A stretch of 64,000 nt of DNA, from contig OX597818.1 of NCBI GenBank assembly GCA_951406725.2, forward strand, positions 84,940,001 through 85,004,000, written 5' to 3'. The notes below the pieces were generated by a model. It made no database searches, was not told the origin of the DNA, and saw nothing but the letters and a program-made list of their open reading frames with translations. The translations under genes and the position numbers were made by a program. This document shows positions 29,821 to 45,345 of the stretch, piece by piece. Each line of letters opens with the position of its first letter. Position 1 is the first letter of the stretch. The stretch is from Octopus vulgaris. Lineage: Eukaryota.

Positions 29821-30386
29821 AGATAAAAGATATTAATTAATACTTTCGTGTAGGACAGATCCGGACATCGGCTAACTTCATCACGAAAATCGCCCTCGCT
29901 GCCTTCTTTTCCTCGAGAAGAGCAGGCAGTTTTCCTTTGTCTAGTAGCTATGTTGAAAGAGATTGTAAAGTTGGACGAAGTTGAAAAGACTGAAGACACA
30001 CTTTTCACTTCTGCCAAACCCTCGTCAACATTTCATATTCCATTTGAAAAGGAAGGTGAAGGTTGAGAATAAACTGGCTGAAAGTTGAGTGAATATGGCA
30101 AAGATGGCCTGAATGGGCATACTTTAAGATGGCACTTGTGCGCTGAGAGTACAGAGAAGAGAGAATTGTTTGCATCATACACCATGTAAGTAGGGTGATT
30201 AGAGATCTACTGAGTTCATTAGTCATCCCCTTTGCGGTGCTCCGCCCTACTGGGGAATTTTATCAATATTATTTTATTGTTAATTGTTATTGCTTCTATA
30301 GTGTGTACGTGTCTTATATAAATTCTCATTGTCCTTTGTTTTGGATTATCATTTAGTTTTTGTGTGGCCTTTTAGGCTAATAAAGA

Positions 30387-30472
<86 letters not shown>

Positions 30473-30474
<2 letters not shown>

Positions 30475-31028
30475 GCCCTGATGCAGTACCAGGCAGTGGC
30501 TCTCATGGCTTCTGATCTTAACTGATTGGAAGTGTTATCATGTACATTGTTTTGTCTTGGTATAAAAGATGGGCTACAGCAAATATTCTGCTCACTACCA
30601 CAGATTTGCTTGTCAGTTGTTTGACCTTAACCAGTTGAGCATATCCCTTAGTGGCTGACGATATGTGCATCTCTGATCACGAGCAGAAGTAGTGGGGGAG
30701 CATCATAGCCATGTGTTGAGAGGGATTCTTTGGGGTTTGAATAGTTCACCTCTGGAAACATGGGTGGTTCTTTCAACATCCTTAAACAACCCTTATTCAG
30801 GGACCGTTTGAGCGGGATGGGCTACTCAACCTGAAGAAAATTCTAACTGGGCCCCACCTGCAAGGTCATGTGGTGTTTATCTTGATATGAGATCACCATG
30901 TCGCGCACATATGGTTGTGATGCATGTGCCTGGTGTACCTTTATCAGACGGGTAGTCATGATGGGTATATTGGGCTTCATATATTTTACCCCATTGTCAC
31001 TTTGATGGCATGAACTGCTCTCTCACTC
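30473..31028. mobile_element. ~556-bp element, copy 2
   Basis: Near-identical to 27369-27924; (AAT)n flanks. Confidence 0.9.
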
Positions 31029-31166
31029 AATAATAATAATAAGAAGAAGAAGAAGAAGAAGACGAAGAAGAAGAAGAAGAAGAAGAAGAAGAAGAATAAC
31101 AATAACAATAACAATAACAATAACAATAATAATAACAATAACAATAACAATAACAATAACAATAAA

Positions 31167-31198
<32 letters not shown>

Positions 31199-31208
31199 TA
31201 ATAATAAC

Positions 31209-31252
<44 letters not shown>

Positions 31253-31275
31253 TAATAATGATGATGATAATGATA

Positions 31276-32063
<788 letters not shown>

Positions 32064-32112
32064 ATAATAATGTTATTATTATCATTATTATTATTATTAT
32101 TATTAATAATTA

Positions 32113-32522
32113 GGCGTCGAGCTGGCAGAATCGTTAAGCACGCCGAGTAAAATGCTTAGCGGTATTTCGTCTGCCGCTACGTTCTGAGTTCAAATTCCGC
32201 CGAGGTCGACTTTGCCTTTCATCCTTTCGGGGTCGATTAAATAAGAACCAGTTACCCACTGGGATCGATGTGATCGACTTAATCCCTTTGTCTGTCCTTG
32301 TTTGTCCTCTCTGTGTTTGTCCCTACCCTTGTGGGTAGTAAAGAAATAGAAATAGGTATTTCGTCTGTCGCTACGTTTTGAGTTCAAATCCCGCCGAGGT
32401 TGACTTTGCCTTTCATCCTTTCGGGGGTCGATAAATTAAGTACCAGTTGCGTACTGAAGTCAATCTCATTGACTGGACCACTCCCCCTAAATTTCAGACC
32501 TTATGCCTACAGCAGAAAGGAT
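32113..32522 (+). mobile_element. Two tandem family A SINEs
   Basis: Head, B-box and core repeated. Confidence 0.85.
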
Positions 32523-32935
32523 TATTTTTATTCTTTTTATGTTTTAATTTTCTTCCTCGTATTTCCCTTCCCCTCGTTGATGTTTTAGTTTTTTATTTAA
32601 TGTCGTTACTACACACACAACGTCTAATCAATCTCCTGATTCTTCGTTGTATTTTCACACGAACATTACTTACTTATCATTACTTACTTATAAACCCACC
32701 TGATCGCTAAAACCTGTTTCCTACTTCCACGATCTTCGTTATCTCCCACCGGACTATACTTCAACCGCTACCAACTACTACCACAATCACCAATCACCAC
32801 GGCCATTAACCCCACTAGCACCGAGGTCTAGATTTTCTCTGCAACAACTATCCGCACACACACACAGTACATTAAAATAGCATGTAAGAGAGAGAGTATG
32901 TGGGAAAGAAAAGGAAAGAGAAAGAGAGAGAGAGT

Positions 32936-33060
<125 letters not shown>

Positions 33061-33169
33061 GTGTGTGTGTACGTGTGGAAAAACGTCTGTTAAGTATTTT
33101 TTCCGTGCATAGATGCTTTTGTGCAGTTGTGGATGAGCGTGTGAAGAGACATTACTCAAGAGAATGACT

Positions 33170-34509
<1,340 letters not shown>

Positions 34510-34634
34510 TGTATGTATGTATGTAGGAAGACACACAAATGCACACATACTCGTACATAGACGTACCTTGTCTCTGGACAATGCTCAGATTGTTCTTTTC
34601 CCTGAAGCATGTTAAATCAACTGTGAAATTTTCA

Positions 34635-34673
<39 letters not shown>

Positions 34674-35192
34674 TGTCTGTCTGTATGTATGTATGTATGT
34701 ATGTATGTATGTATGTATGTATGTATGTATGTATATGTATCTATGTATGTATATACGTACATGTGTGTGTGTGTGTGTGTGGTTGCGTGTGTGTGCGTAG
34801 GTATATGCACACAAACACTCGCATCTCTGAAACAAAGATCAAATTGTTCTTTTCCCTAAAGCATGCTAACTCGTGTGTAAAATTCTCAATTTATAAATAT
34901 GTCGGTGTGTACGTGTGTATGTATGTACATATGTATATACTTTGCTTGTATGTATATATGATATTGTGATTGTACATACACACACGTGTGTATGTGTGCG
35001 TGCGTGCATGTGTGCGCATGCGTGTGTATGCGTGCTTATTAAATAACATATAGAATAAATTCTTGATTTATTGAAATTATCTCCATTTCCAGAGAGAGTA
35101 AAACAATAGCCCCGTGGCAATTGGAGCCAACATAAAATGGAGAAGGGTGATAAAAAATATCAAGTATGAAGAATGCTTGAAAATTTACTCAC

Positions 35193-35216
35193 CATTTCTG
35201 AAAACACTTTCATTGT
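35193..35216 (-). CDS. Candidate 24-nt microexon of an unidentified host gene
   Basis: Minus strand tactaat...tattttctttccttcag|ACAATGAAAGTGTTTTCAGAAATG|gtgagt in apparently non-repetitive sequence; splice signals only. Confidence 0.3.
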
Positions 35217-35304
35217 CTGAAGGAAAGAAAATAGTTCTGCACTCGTTTCTGCATTAGTAGACGTCATCATCACAACATGCTCCGTACCTTGACTCTAACA
35301 AAAC

Positions 35305-35727
35305 AGGTTGTGTGGTAAGAAGCTTGCTTCGCAACCACATGGTTCCGGGTTCAGTATCTTCTACTATAGTCTCGGGCTGACGAATTTCTTGTGAGCGGAT
35401 TTGGAAGACAGAAGCTGAAAGAAGACTGTCGTGTGTGTGTGTGTATGTGTGTGTGTGTATGCGTGTGTGTGTGTGTCTGTGTATGTGTCTGTGTGTGAGT
35501 GTGTGTGTGTATGTGCATGTGTGTGTATGTGTGTGTGTCCTCCTCCACCAGTTGATAACCAGTGTTGGTGTGTTTATGTCTTGTAACTTAGTAGTTCGGG
35601 AGAAGAAACCGATAGAATAAGTACCAGGCTTTGAAAGGAAACTTTAAAAAGGTACTGAGTCGTTTCTTTCGACTAAAATTCGTCAGGGTGGAGGCCCAGC
35701 ATGGCCGCATTCTGATAACGGAAACGA
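35305..35727 (+). mobile_element. Family B SINE
   Basis: tgtgtggtaagaagcttgcttcgcaaccacatggttccgggttcagt ... ccagcatggccgca. Confidence 0.85.
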
Positions 35728-36207
35728 GTGTATGTGTGTGACTATATATACTCATGGCTGTATATGTATGCAAGTGTAAACATCGGAACATATAAAGCGG
35801 TTAATGGGTGAAATGTTGTATGCAGGTGTGTCCATTGCTGCACGACGATGAAATAGCCCTGTATCTGTCTGTGTGTAAATATCAACTGTCTGTGGTCGTG
35901 TGTATGCATGTATATCTGTCACGGCGGAAGTTGGAGCAAAGATGCACCCGAATAATCGACGTCAGATTTAAATATACAGATTGATGAGTAGATGTGTCTG
36001 GGCAAGTATACTTGTGGAGATATATGTATTCGAGCCTATGCTTCTGTAGACGTAAATGTTTTAATGTGCGTGTGTGAGAGAGTGCGTGTGTGAGGGAGTG
36101 CGTGTGTGCATGACTGCGTGGATGACGGCATGTGCTACCATGTGTGTGTCCACTTGTACATACTCAAAGACTATTTTGTGTATATCCATACATATATTTC
36201 GCTGTGG

Positions 36208-36259
<52 letters not shown>

Positions 36260-36306
36260 GTATGTATATGTATATGTAGGTATGTATGTATGTATGTATG
36301 TAAGTA

Positions 36307-36358
<52 letters not shown>

Positions 36359-36444
36359 GAGATAGGGGGAGTGAGAAAGAGGGAGAGAGAATAAACATCC
36401 GTTCAGTCTCATATGCGACATATATATATATATATATATATATA

Positions 36445-36613
36445 GGCATGTCTGTGTGGTAAGTAGCTTTCTTACCAACCACATGGTTCCGGGTTCAGTC
36501 CCACTGCCTGGCAAGTGTCTTCTACTATAGCCACGAGCCGACCAAAGCCTTGTGAGTGCATTTAGTAAACGGAAACTGAAAGAAGCCCGTCGTACATTCA
36601 TGTGTGTGCGTGT

Positions 36614-36691
<78 letters not shown>

Positions 36692-36885
36692 ATGTTTGTA
36701 CCCTCAACATCACTTGACAACCGATGTTGGTGTATTTTCGTCCCCGAACTTAGCGGTTCGGCAAAAGGGAACGATAGAATAAGTACTAGGCTTACAAAGA
36801 ATAAGTCCTGGAGTCGATTTGTTCGACTAAAGACGGTGCTCGAGCATGGCCGCACTCAAATGACTGAAACACATAAAAGAATAGA
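36445..36885 (+). mobile_element. Family B SINE
   Basis: Head, internal (TG)n and tail gcatggccgcactcaaatgactgaaac. Confidence 0.88.
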
Positions 36886-37149
36886 AGAATAACAGAATAT
36901 ATATATATATATATATATATATCGGAGATGTACTTGCATAGCAAGTGACCTGATCTGAGATCGTGTGCTGAAAGAAAAACAAAAGAAACACACAAAAAAC
37001 CGTTAGATTCACTTCAACATTTAAATTTATGCCAAAATATTTTCGTCGCTTTGAGACCGCGGCCTGTTCATTGACAAAATTCCGTGCTGCATCTGATGCA
37101 GTTTTGCATGTTTTTAAATGACTTATAAACACCTTCCACACTGCAACTG

Positions 37150-37234
<85 letters not shown>

Positions 37235-37235
37235 G

Positions 37236-37760
37236 AGAGTAGCGAGTTTTTTTAGAAATTTCACTACCAGTGACCTTGCATGTATAAAAGAGTCAATAGA
37301 CAACATATTCTCAATATAAAATAGTCTACATTTAAACACAAGAGAAGCTGCCTTAAACAAGAAGCTTTACACGCTAGAAGAAGCAGTCAAACGACCAAAA
37401 CCACATTGAGAGCAATTTCGAAGGGAGTGAAAAATAAAAATGTTTACCTCATCAGTGACCGCGCCATAACATTAACATATAATTTAGAGATAAATCACAC
37501 GCCGCTCATCATTGTATATTATAATTCTTCAAATTCACCGCGCAAGCGCAGTTTCAGTCGGCAGCAAATGAAAAATGCGGAACTAATCTTCTGAAAATAT
37601 AAGGTAGCAAGTTTTTTTAGAAATTTCACTACCAGTGGCTTGGCATGTATAAAAAGTCAATAGACAACATATTCTCAATATAAAATAGTATACATTCTAG
37701 CGTGTAAAGCCGCCTGTTAAAGGCAGCTTCTCTTGTGTTTAAAAGTACACTATTTTATAT
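37236..37760. repeat. Combined direct (~90 bp) and inverted (~66 bp) local duplication
   Basis: ~37240-37332 is repeated at ~37604-37696; ~37314-37379 recurs inverted at ~37694-37760. Confidence 0.85.
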
Positions 37761-39732
37761 GTATATATGAAACAGAAACAGTATTAACTTAAAATGGGTA
37801 TATGTATATCGCAATTTGTGCAAACACATCGAGGAAAGGCAAATTAACTCTCGGTATTCGCCTGGAGATAATTTATCAATATCTCTTAGGGACGTACAGT
37901 GTTTCAGCAGTTCCACTTTCACTAGGGAAAGAAAGTGAGGGTGCAGAAAGAAGTGCTCTCTTTCACTCAAATTATGAAAAGCTGGGTAACTGCAGGAAAA
38001 ATGGTTAGCGTGAATGAAACTACTTTAAGCATTTACCTGTGTAGACTGAAGAGCAACGCAGTCGAGGGAAGGCCTGTGCCCATGGTAGCCAATGTGGTCG
38101 TGCATATTTGGTTTTCTTTGACTGGGCCTACAGGTAAGATCCTCTCTATTAGGAGGCCTGCACTATCTTTATATTCATATATTTTGTATACTATGTATAC
38201 CTTTATCGTATTTCTCATTCTCCCGCTTATTCCCATCCCACATACACAAATTTTACCTTATCCTTGTAATATACCAGTCGTCGAACATCCCTGTGCCAAA
38301 TAGAATAACTCATTATTATATTTGTGATAAGGCAGCGAGCTGGCTGAAAAGTTAGCCCGGTTCCATAATCTAAAAACCAATTATATTATTATTGGTGATG
38401 GTGGTGGTGATGGTGGTGGTGGTGGTGGTGGGGAATCTGCTGGTGTTGATCATCGTCAAGTTAGTAGTATCGGAGGTAGTGATGATGGTAGTAGTGTGAA
38501 GGTGGTAGTAGTGTGAAGGTGGTAGTTTTGTTACCACTACAACTATTGCTGCTGCTGCTGCTGCTGCTACTACTACTACTACTACTACTACTATTACTAC
38601 CACCACTACTACTACTGTTATTACTACTTCTACATATGTTGCTCCCTTAATTCTGTTGTCGTCATGGTGATATTCACTCAATGGTTACTGTTTATTTTTC
38701 AGTTAATTTCAGTCAAGAAATTAACATTCTTAAGAGAATGAGAGAATGAGAGAAAGAGAGAGTGAGACAGAGACAGAGAGAGAGACAGAAAGAGACAGAG
38801 AATATCTTTTTCTTAATATCAAAAACTAAAAAACCCCAATCACAAATAACTCAGCTCACACAAGTCTGTCTCTTTCACGACCAAAGCTCCGATCAATGCA
38901 CCTGTCTATACAATGTGACTATTGATTTCATGTGGTTAGCAATTTTTATGTGGGCAAATAAATTTCCAAATTACATTAGTCGTATGCTATGATGTTTTGT
39001 ATATATTTTCCTGTTTTTTGTTTGGCTTTTTCTGTTTCTTTTTCATTTTCATTTTCTTTGTCCTTGTAGTAATTTTGATGTGGTATGTATTTTCTTTTTT
39101 TTCTATCACATGGTTTTTATACATGTATTTCTGGTCGTTACAGAGAAAGTTCCTGTTTGTTTGTTATTTTGATTCTATTTTATTTTATTTTATTTTTATC
39201 TGCTGTATATATTTTCTCTCTGACTGATTTATCACCTCCAGGCTTAACGAACAAACATTTTATACGAGTATGTGTATGTGTATTTGTATATATGTAAGTG
39301 AGAATGTGCATGTGTGTGTGTGTGTGTGTGTGTATGTGTGTGTGTGTGTGAATGTGTGCGTATGTGAGTCGGTGATAGGGTGAATATACATTTAAATCAA
39401 TATGTATGCATATATACACACCAAAATGTATATTATACATACAGTTATATATCTATTTTCATTCATTCATATGCATACAAAGGGATACATTTATGTATGC
39501 ATGTATGTATATATACAAATATTTTGCACGTAGGTATGTGTATTTGAGTTTGTTTTTATGTGTTTCAGTGTATACCTTTTTTGTATGCGCTTATGTATAC
39601 ATGTATGTATTCGTGTGTTTGTATATATGCATGCTTATACATACATGACTACATAATTATTTGGGAATATACAGACTTACAAAATACATATGCGTATATA
39701 TGTGTGTGTATATATGTGTGGATATATATGTG

Positions 39733-39783
<51 letters not shown>

Positions 39784-40207
39784 GTATGTGTTCTTGTGTG
39801 TGTAAATGTTGGTGTGTATATAGATATACATGAGTGTGTGTACGCTTATATGTGTTTGTAAGAACGTGTGCATTTCTATGCATGTATGTACACACGTGTG
39901 TATATAATATGTATGAGTTGTTTAATATATAATTCGAAGAGGAGCATTCTTTTTTAGTGTGTCTCCGATTCGCTCGCTTTTTTTTATTGTAATATTTGTT
40001 TCCCAGATGGCGCTAAAGTGGAGATGGTGTGGGATACTGCTAATTTTTTTATTGGGAGATGTTCTTTATTTATTTGCTTGTTTATTTGACTAGTTGTTTG
40101 TTTTACTTAAACGTCTAATCAGAGTTACGAACGAATATGTTCACAGCGATATGTTTTATGGTATGTACGTATGTATGTATGTATGTATGTATGTATGTAT
40201 GTATGTA

Positions 40208-40282
<75 letters not shown>

Positions 40283-40559
40283 AGGAGCGGGAAGGGGAAG
40301 GAAAGTGTACGTCTAACATCATGTATATTATCAACTAGTTGATCATTAGTTTTATGATCACCGATATGATTTATCTATATCATCATCACCATTATCCTTA
40401 ACAGCATCGTATTCATCAACATCATCACCATTATCATCATCATCACCACAATCATCATACACATGATCATGACGATGATCCTTCATGTGATTGTTGTAGC
40501 TGCTAGAAATAGCACATTACTGTCTTCAATAATTTTTTAAATGTCGACGCTAAACCAAC

Positions 40560-41210
40560 AATTTTAAGGAGCAATTTTAAAAGGCATCGACCTCCGTACT
40601 TGACTGGTACTTTATTGTACTGATTCTGAAATAATAAAAGGTAAAGTCGTCCTTTGATGGAATTTGAAATCAGAACGTAAAGAATTAAAAGAAATTCTGT
40701 TATCATTTTGTCTGACGATCTGAAGATTCTGCCAACTAACCGTTTTGAAATTGCTTTAAAATTTTGGCACAAGGTCAACAATTTTAGGGGAGGTATTAAG
40801 TCGATTACATTGACACCTGTATTCAACAGGTTCTTACTTTATCGAACCCGAAAGGATGAAAGACAAAGTCAATTTCCACGGAATTTGAACTCAGAACATA
40901 AAGACGGACGAAATGCCCCCAAGCATTTTGCCTGGCGTGGTAATGATTCTCCCAGCTCACTGCTTCTCACTCACCGTTTTAATATTGTCTTAATCCTTAC
41001 TAATATTTGGCATAAAGCCAACAATATGGAGGAAGGGAATCAGTCGATTATATCCACCCCAGTACTTGAGTGGTACTTTGTTTTATCGACCCCAAAAGAA
41101 TGAAAGGCAAAGTTGACCTTGGTGGGTTTTGAACTCAGAATATAAAGAACCGCGAAGAAAGGGCACTAAGAATTTTATACAGAGTGCTAACGATTCTGCA
41201 AGCTCGCTAC
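40560..41210 (-). mobile_element. Three degenerate tandem family A SINEs
   Basis: Reverse-complement cores and heads. Confidence 0.75.
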
Positions 41211-42155
41211 CTTTAATGTCTTGACAAAGGAAAGGATATAGTAAGTAGCGTAGTCAGTCCTACATGACCATATGAAAAGACAGGTGGGTCACAGTTAAAA
41301 TGTCTTCAGTCAGAATACCACTTCATAAAGGCTGAACTGGCACTAAATAACAATATTCAGGATCGTACTCATCATCATCATCATCCTCATCAACAGCATC
41401 ATCATCATCATCATTTTCATTATCCCCACCACCAATAACAACAACAACACTATCATCATTATTCATTAATACCACCATCATAATTAACTTCATCATCAAC
41501 ATCAACATCACTACAACTGATAGTATAATTACATCGCCATCGTCGTCAGTCATCATTACCGCCATCACTACGATCATCATCACTACCATCACCATTATTA
41601 CCGTCATTACCATCATCATCATAATCATCATGACCATTACCATCATCATCATCACCATCATCACTATCATCATCATCATCATTATAGTACCATCAAGGAT
41701 GTCATAATCATCGTTATAACTTATGTAAACAGCAGAAGTAGCCGCAGTAGCAACAGTCGTAGCAGCTGAGGTGGCGGCTGCGGTGACTGCAGTAACTCCA
41801 GCAGCACTTTGAAAATGATGCGGTTTCCTACAAACTTGCAATGATGTATAAATCTCCTTTCGATACATTATTGAACTGTCCAGGAAACCAGATTGATCTA
41901 AAAGAGACGTACACATATTCCAAGTTCTGGTATTTTTGTACGATTCAGAAAGAATTTTCACTTTTAGATTATTAATCATACCCTTCAAACACACCTGGTT
42001 CTCCTAGCAGTCGCAGCTATTACAAAGGGGATAATTACTTAACCGTGTTACTCACAAAGTCTAGGGGCCCAGTTCTAATCTATGCTTGTTGGGCCTTGCT
42101 GTCAATAAATAAGCACAACGTGCATTGATTTACTTATCAATATAATTGTGAGCTA

Positions 42156-42940
42156 AGACGGCGATCTGGCAGAAACGTTAGCACGCCGGGAGTTCAAATT
42201 CCGCCGAAGTCGACTTTGCCTTTCGCCCTTTCGGCGTCGATAAATTAAGTATCAGTTGCGTACTGGGGTCGATGTAATCGACTGGCTCCCACCCGCAAAA
42301 TTTCGGGCCTTGTACCTAGAGTAGAAAAGAATATAATCGTGAGCTTTAAGGCAGCGAACTTGTAGAATCGTTAGCACGCTGGACAAAACGCTTAGCGGCA
42401 TTTCGTCCGTCTTTATGGTCTGAGTTCAAATTCCACCGTGGTTGATTTTTGCCTTTCATCCTTTCGGGGTTGATAAAATAAGTACCAGTTAAGTCTTTGG
42501 GTCGATCTAATCAAGTTACCTCCACCCTCAAATTGCTGACCTTGTACCAAACTTTGAAACTCAGTATAATCGCAAGTTCAAGGCGGTGAGCTAGCAGAAT
42601 CATTACCGCGCCGGATAATATACTGAACGACATTTCATCCGTTTTTACATTCTGAGTTCATATTCAGCCGAGGTCGACTTTGCCTTTCATCCTTTCGAGG
42701 TCGATAAAATAAGTACCAGTTCAGAACTAGAGACGACACAATCGTCTTACCCCTTCACCCGAAATTGCTGGCCTTGTGCCAAAATTTGAAACTAATAAAA
42801 TCTCAACCTGGCAGGATCCTTAGCGCACCGGACAAAACGATTAGCGGCACAGCGTCCTTTTTAACGTTCTGAGTTCAAATTCCACCGAAGTTGACTTTTC
42901 CTGTCATCCTTTCGGGGCCAGTGACATAAGTACCAGTTGA
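42156..42940 (+). mobile_element. Four head-to-tail family A SINEs
   Basis: Four successive head + B-box + core units; several junctions share a tataat(t/c)g-like spacer. Confidence 0.85.
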
Positions 42941-43149
42941 GCAATACAATAGTTTATTGTAACACTTAGTGACAACTACATTGTTGAAGAGGTGCTTGTT
43001 CAAGGAAAATGACCGCGTGATTTTATACTGACGTGTTTATACATTTGATAACAAAATAATATAATTTCTCGGAATAAATGTCTAATTAAGGCCCTGAATC
43101 GGTTGAGTTGTCACAGTGTTGGATAGAATGCTAGGCCGGATGGGTTTAA

Positions 43150-44251
43150 GGGTGTCGCAAAGGCCTGGTTGGAGACCCAAACTTCCGAGTTCTTTTACAG
43201 GGTTTCGAAAAACTGAAGGACTGTTACAATAACTGCGTGAATCTGAAAGGAGAATATCTATAATAGTAAAAGTGAAATTTTGTCTGTCAGTCCGTCCAGG
43301 ACGCGAAATGTTTTCCTACGAGAGTTCCGGACCCCAGTTATGAACTCATTTGCATTCAGCGAATCAGAGCTCAACTATCAAACTGATTTATGAGCGCATA
43401 ATAAGTGATGGGAGATAAGATAAGGTCACTTGGGTAAGGAATGACCATGTTTATTTTCTCTTTTGATAATGCTTGTTGTTCTTGTTCTTGTTTCAAACAT
43501 GGCTGCCTCTACGAAGTTATTTGTGTTGTTGTTTACTTTGTAAAACAGTAAGGGGAGAGGGATGCTAGCACATCACCTTCCACCCACATTTTCCCAATCC
43601 ACATCTTTATCATATGGGGCCCTAACAAAATCCGATAATAGGTATCGATGCAAATCTATATAATTGTCTCCTAAATTCAGACATAACTTGGCGATCGGTC
43701 GACTTACAACACCTTTCTTCGTCTTGAGTTTACTTGCTAGAGTGTGTTTGCGACAACAAGGTCAAGGTAAGCTCTGATTGGCAGTATGCAAATGAGTTCA
43801 TTACCGGGCTCCGGAAGTTTCGTGGGAAAAATTTTTGCGTCCTGGACACCTGTATCTCAGTCTACATTTATTCTAAATAAACATATTACACCTTTTTGGA
43901 ATCAGGATGATCCCGAGATTGAAAATCTGCCCTTCATTGGGTTCTTGAACATTCAGCATTGGAATGAAGCCTGGATGAGGATATGTTATATGCTAACAGT
44001 TGAAAATTCAAAGTTTAAAAAAAGCTCCAAAAATTTGTGAACTTACAGGTTTTTCATTTAAACTGAATTTAAAGTAATACGATATTGGTAGGGTACCAAT
44101 AAATGCTCTGTTATTATTGCTCTCGCAAGATCTAACTTAAATGTCCGCACGGAATGCGATTTTTAAGCTAGTGTGTAATAAAATCAAAAATTAAACTGAT
44201 TCTCCTGTATTTTCTTTTAGCTAAATCTAGGAACTTTTCAGCACGACCTTG
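43150..44251 (+). mobile_element. Mariner 3'-end remnant split by a Helitron
   Basis: KAWLETQTSEFF/QGFEKLKDCYNNCVNLKGE before 43257; after 44171 the frame finishes YV* and runs to a mariner-like end ggaacttttcagcacgaccttg|TA. Confidence 0.75.
43257..44171 (+). mobile_element. Non-autonomous Helitron (915 bp)
   Basis: A|TCtataatagtaaaagtgaaa 5' end; hairpin cgca-cggaa-tgcg (44146-44158) then CTAG|T; no TSD; removal restores GGA GAA TAT GTG TAA of the mariner. Confidence 0.8.
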
Positions 44252-44884
44252 TACGTCATAGAAAACGGGTAACTGGCCCTACGAATCCCCGGCCTTGGCT
44301 GTCCAGAAATTGATGACTTTGTTGCAATCAATTCAAGCCAGGCCGCTGGCTTGAGGATAACTTCCTTTCCTCCTCCCTCCAATCTTGGAAGCTCTGTAAT
44401 GTGTCATAAGCACTGCCTTCTCTGCTGACTGAAAGACATATTAAAAATAAACTCCCTCACGATCTATAAACGTCACGTGTTAATGTTGATTGTTTCACGA
44501 TAAATTAATTCATATTTCATTAGTTGCATATTGCAAATATTTCATTATTCACATATAACCAACAAATAAAATTTCTTCAGCTATATTTCAACTAAATCGT
44601 TATTGAGTCCATGACTCCAAGAAAAATACATATTTTATATTTTATATTTCTTACATGTTTCAGTCACTGGACAGCGGTCATAGCGGCATCACTTTGAAAG
44701 ATTTTAGTCGAATAAATTGACCCCCAGGACTCATTTATTTATTTATTTTAGTCTGGTACTTATTCGGTCGGTCTCTTCTACTGAACCGCTAAGTTATGAA
44801 GATGTAAACAAACCGATTGTAAAGCGGTGCTTTGGAGACACAGACACAAAGACGCATACATACATACATACAAACATACATACA

Positions 44885-44914
<30 letters not shown>

Positions 44915-44915
<1 letters not shown>

Positions 44916-45345
44916 CAGGGAAAAAGAGAATACCTACACTGAACTATTGAGAAATCTGCAGTTACTCTATCCAGATTACAAGTTTGGGTTTATACCTGTA
45001 ATTATTGGAGCCCTGGGATATGTAACACTGCTTAAATACCAATCGTGAGAAATTAGGCTTCTCAAAACCAGAAAGGAGAAAGCTAATTTGAAGACTAAAG
45101 ATCCAATCCCTCACTGGAACTGTAAATATCTGTAAAACTTTCCAGAAATGTATCTTTTAAATACATATGAGCATGTTTAGATATGCAACTATATGCATGA
45201 GAATATATACATAAAACAAAACATACAAATATGCACGTATACATACATACAAAAATATCCTGTTGATGTTGTTGAAATTCCATTGGATCTAAGTTAGAAA
45301 CTGGCTCTTTCTCTACTGGCAAGAAATCTTGAAATAAAATTACAT
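44915..45345 (+). pseudogene. RLE LINE 3' fragment related to 5430-6380, within (CATA)n
   Basis: KENTYTELLRNLQLLYPDYKFGFIPVIIGALG; catacata flanks. Confidence 0.8.

Noticed and set aside
41323-41994. 223-aa minus-strand ORF
   Set aside because: Two thirds is triplet repeat; the unique part has no recognisable motif or convincing splice sites
44255-44430. Minus-strand exon after tatgtctttcag
   Set aside because: All three frames stop within about 100 nt, no donor is seen, and the distal part looks like a SINE-type repeat
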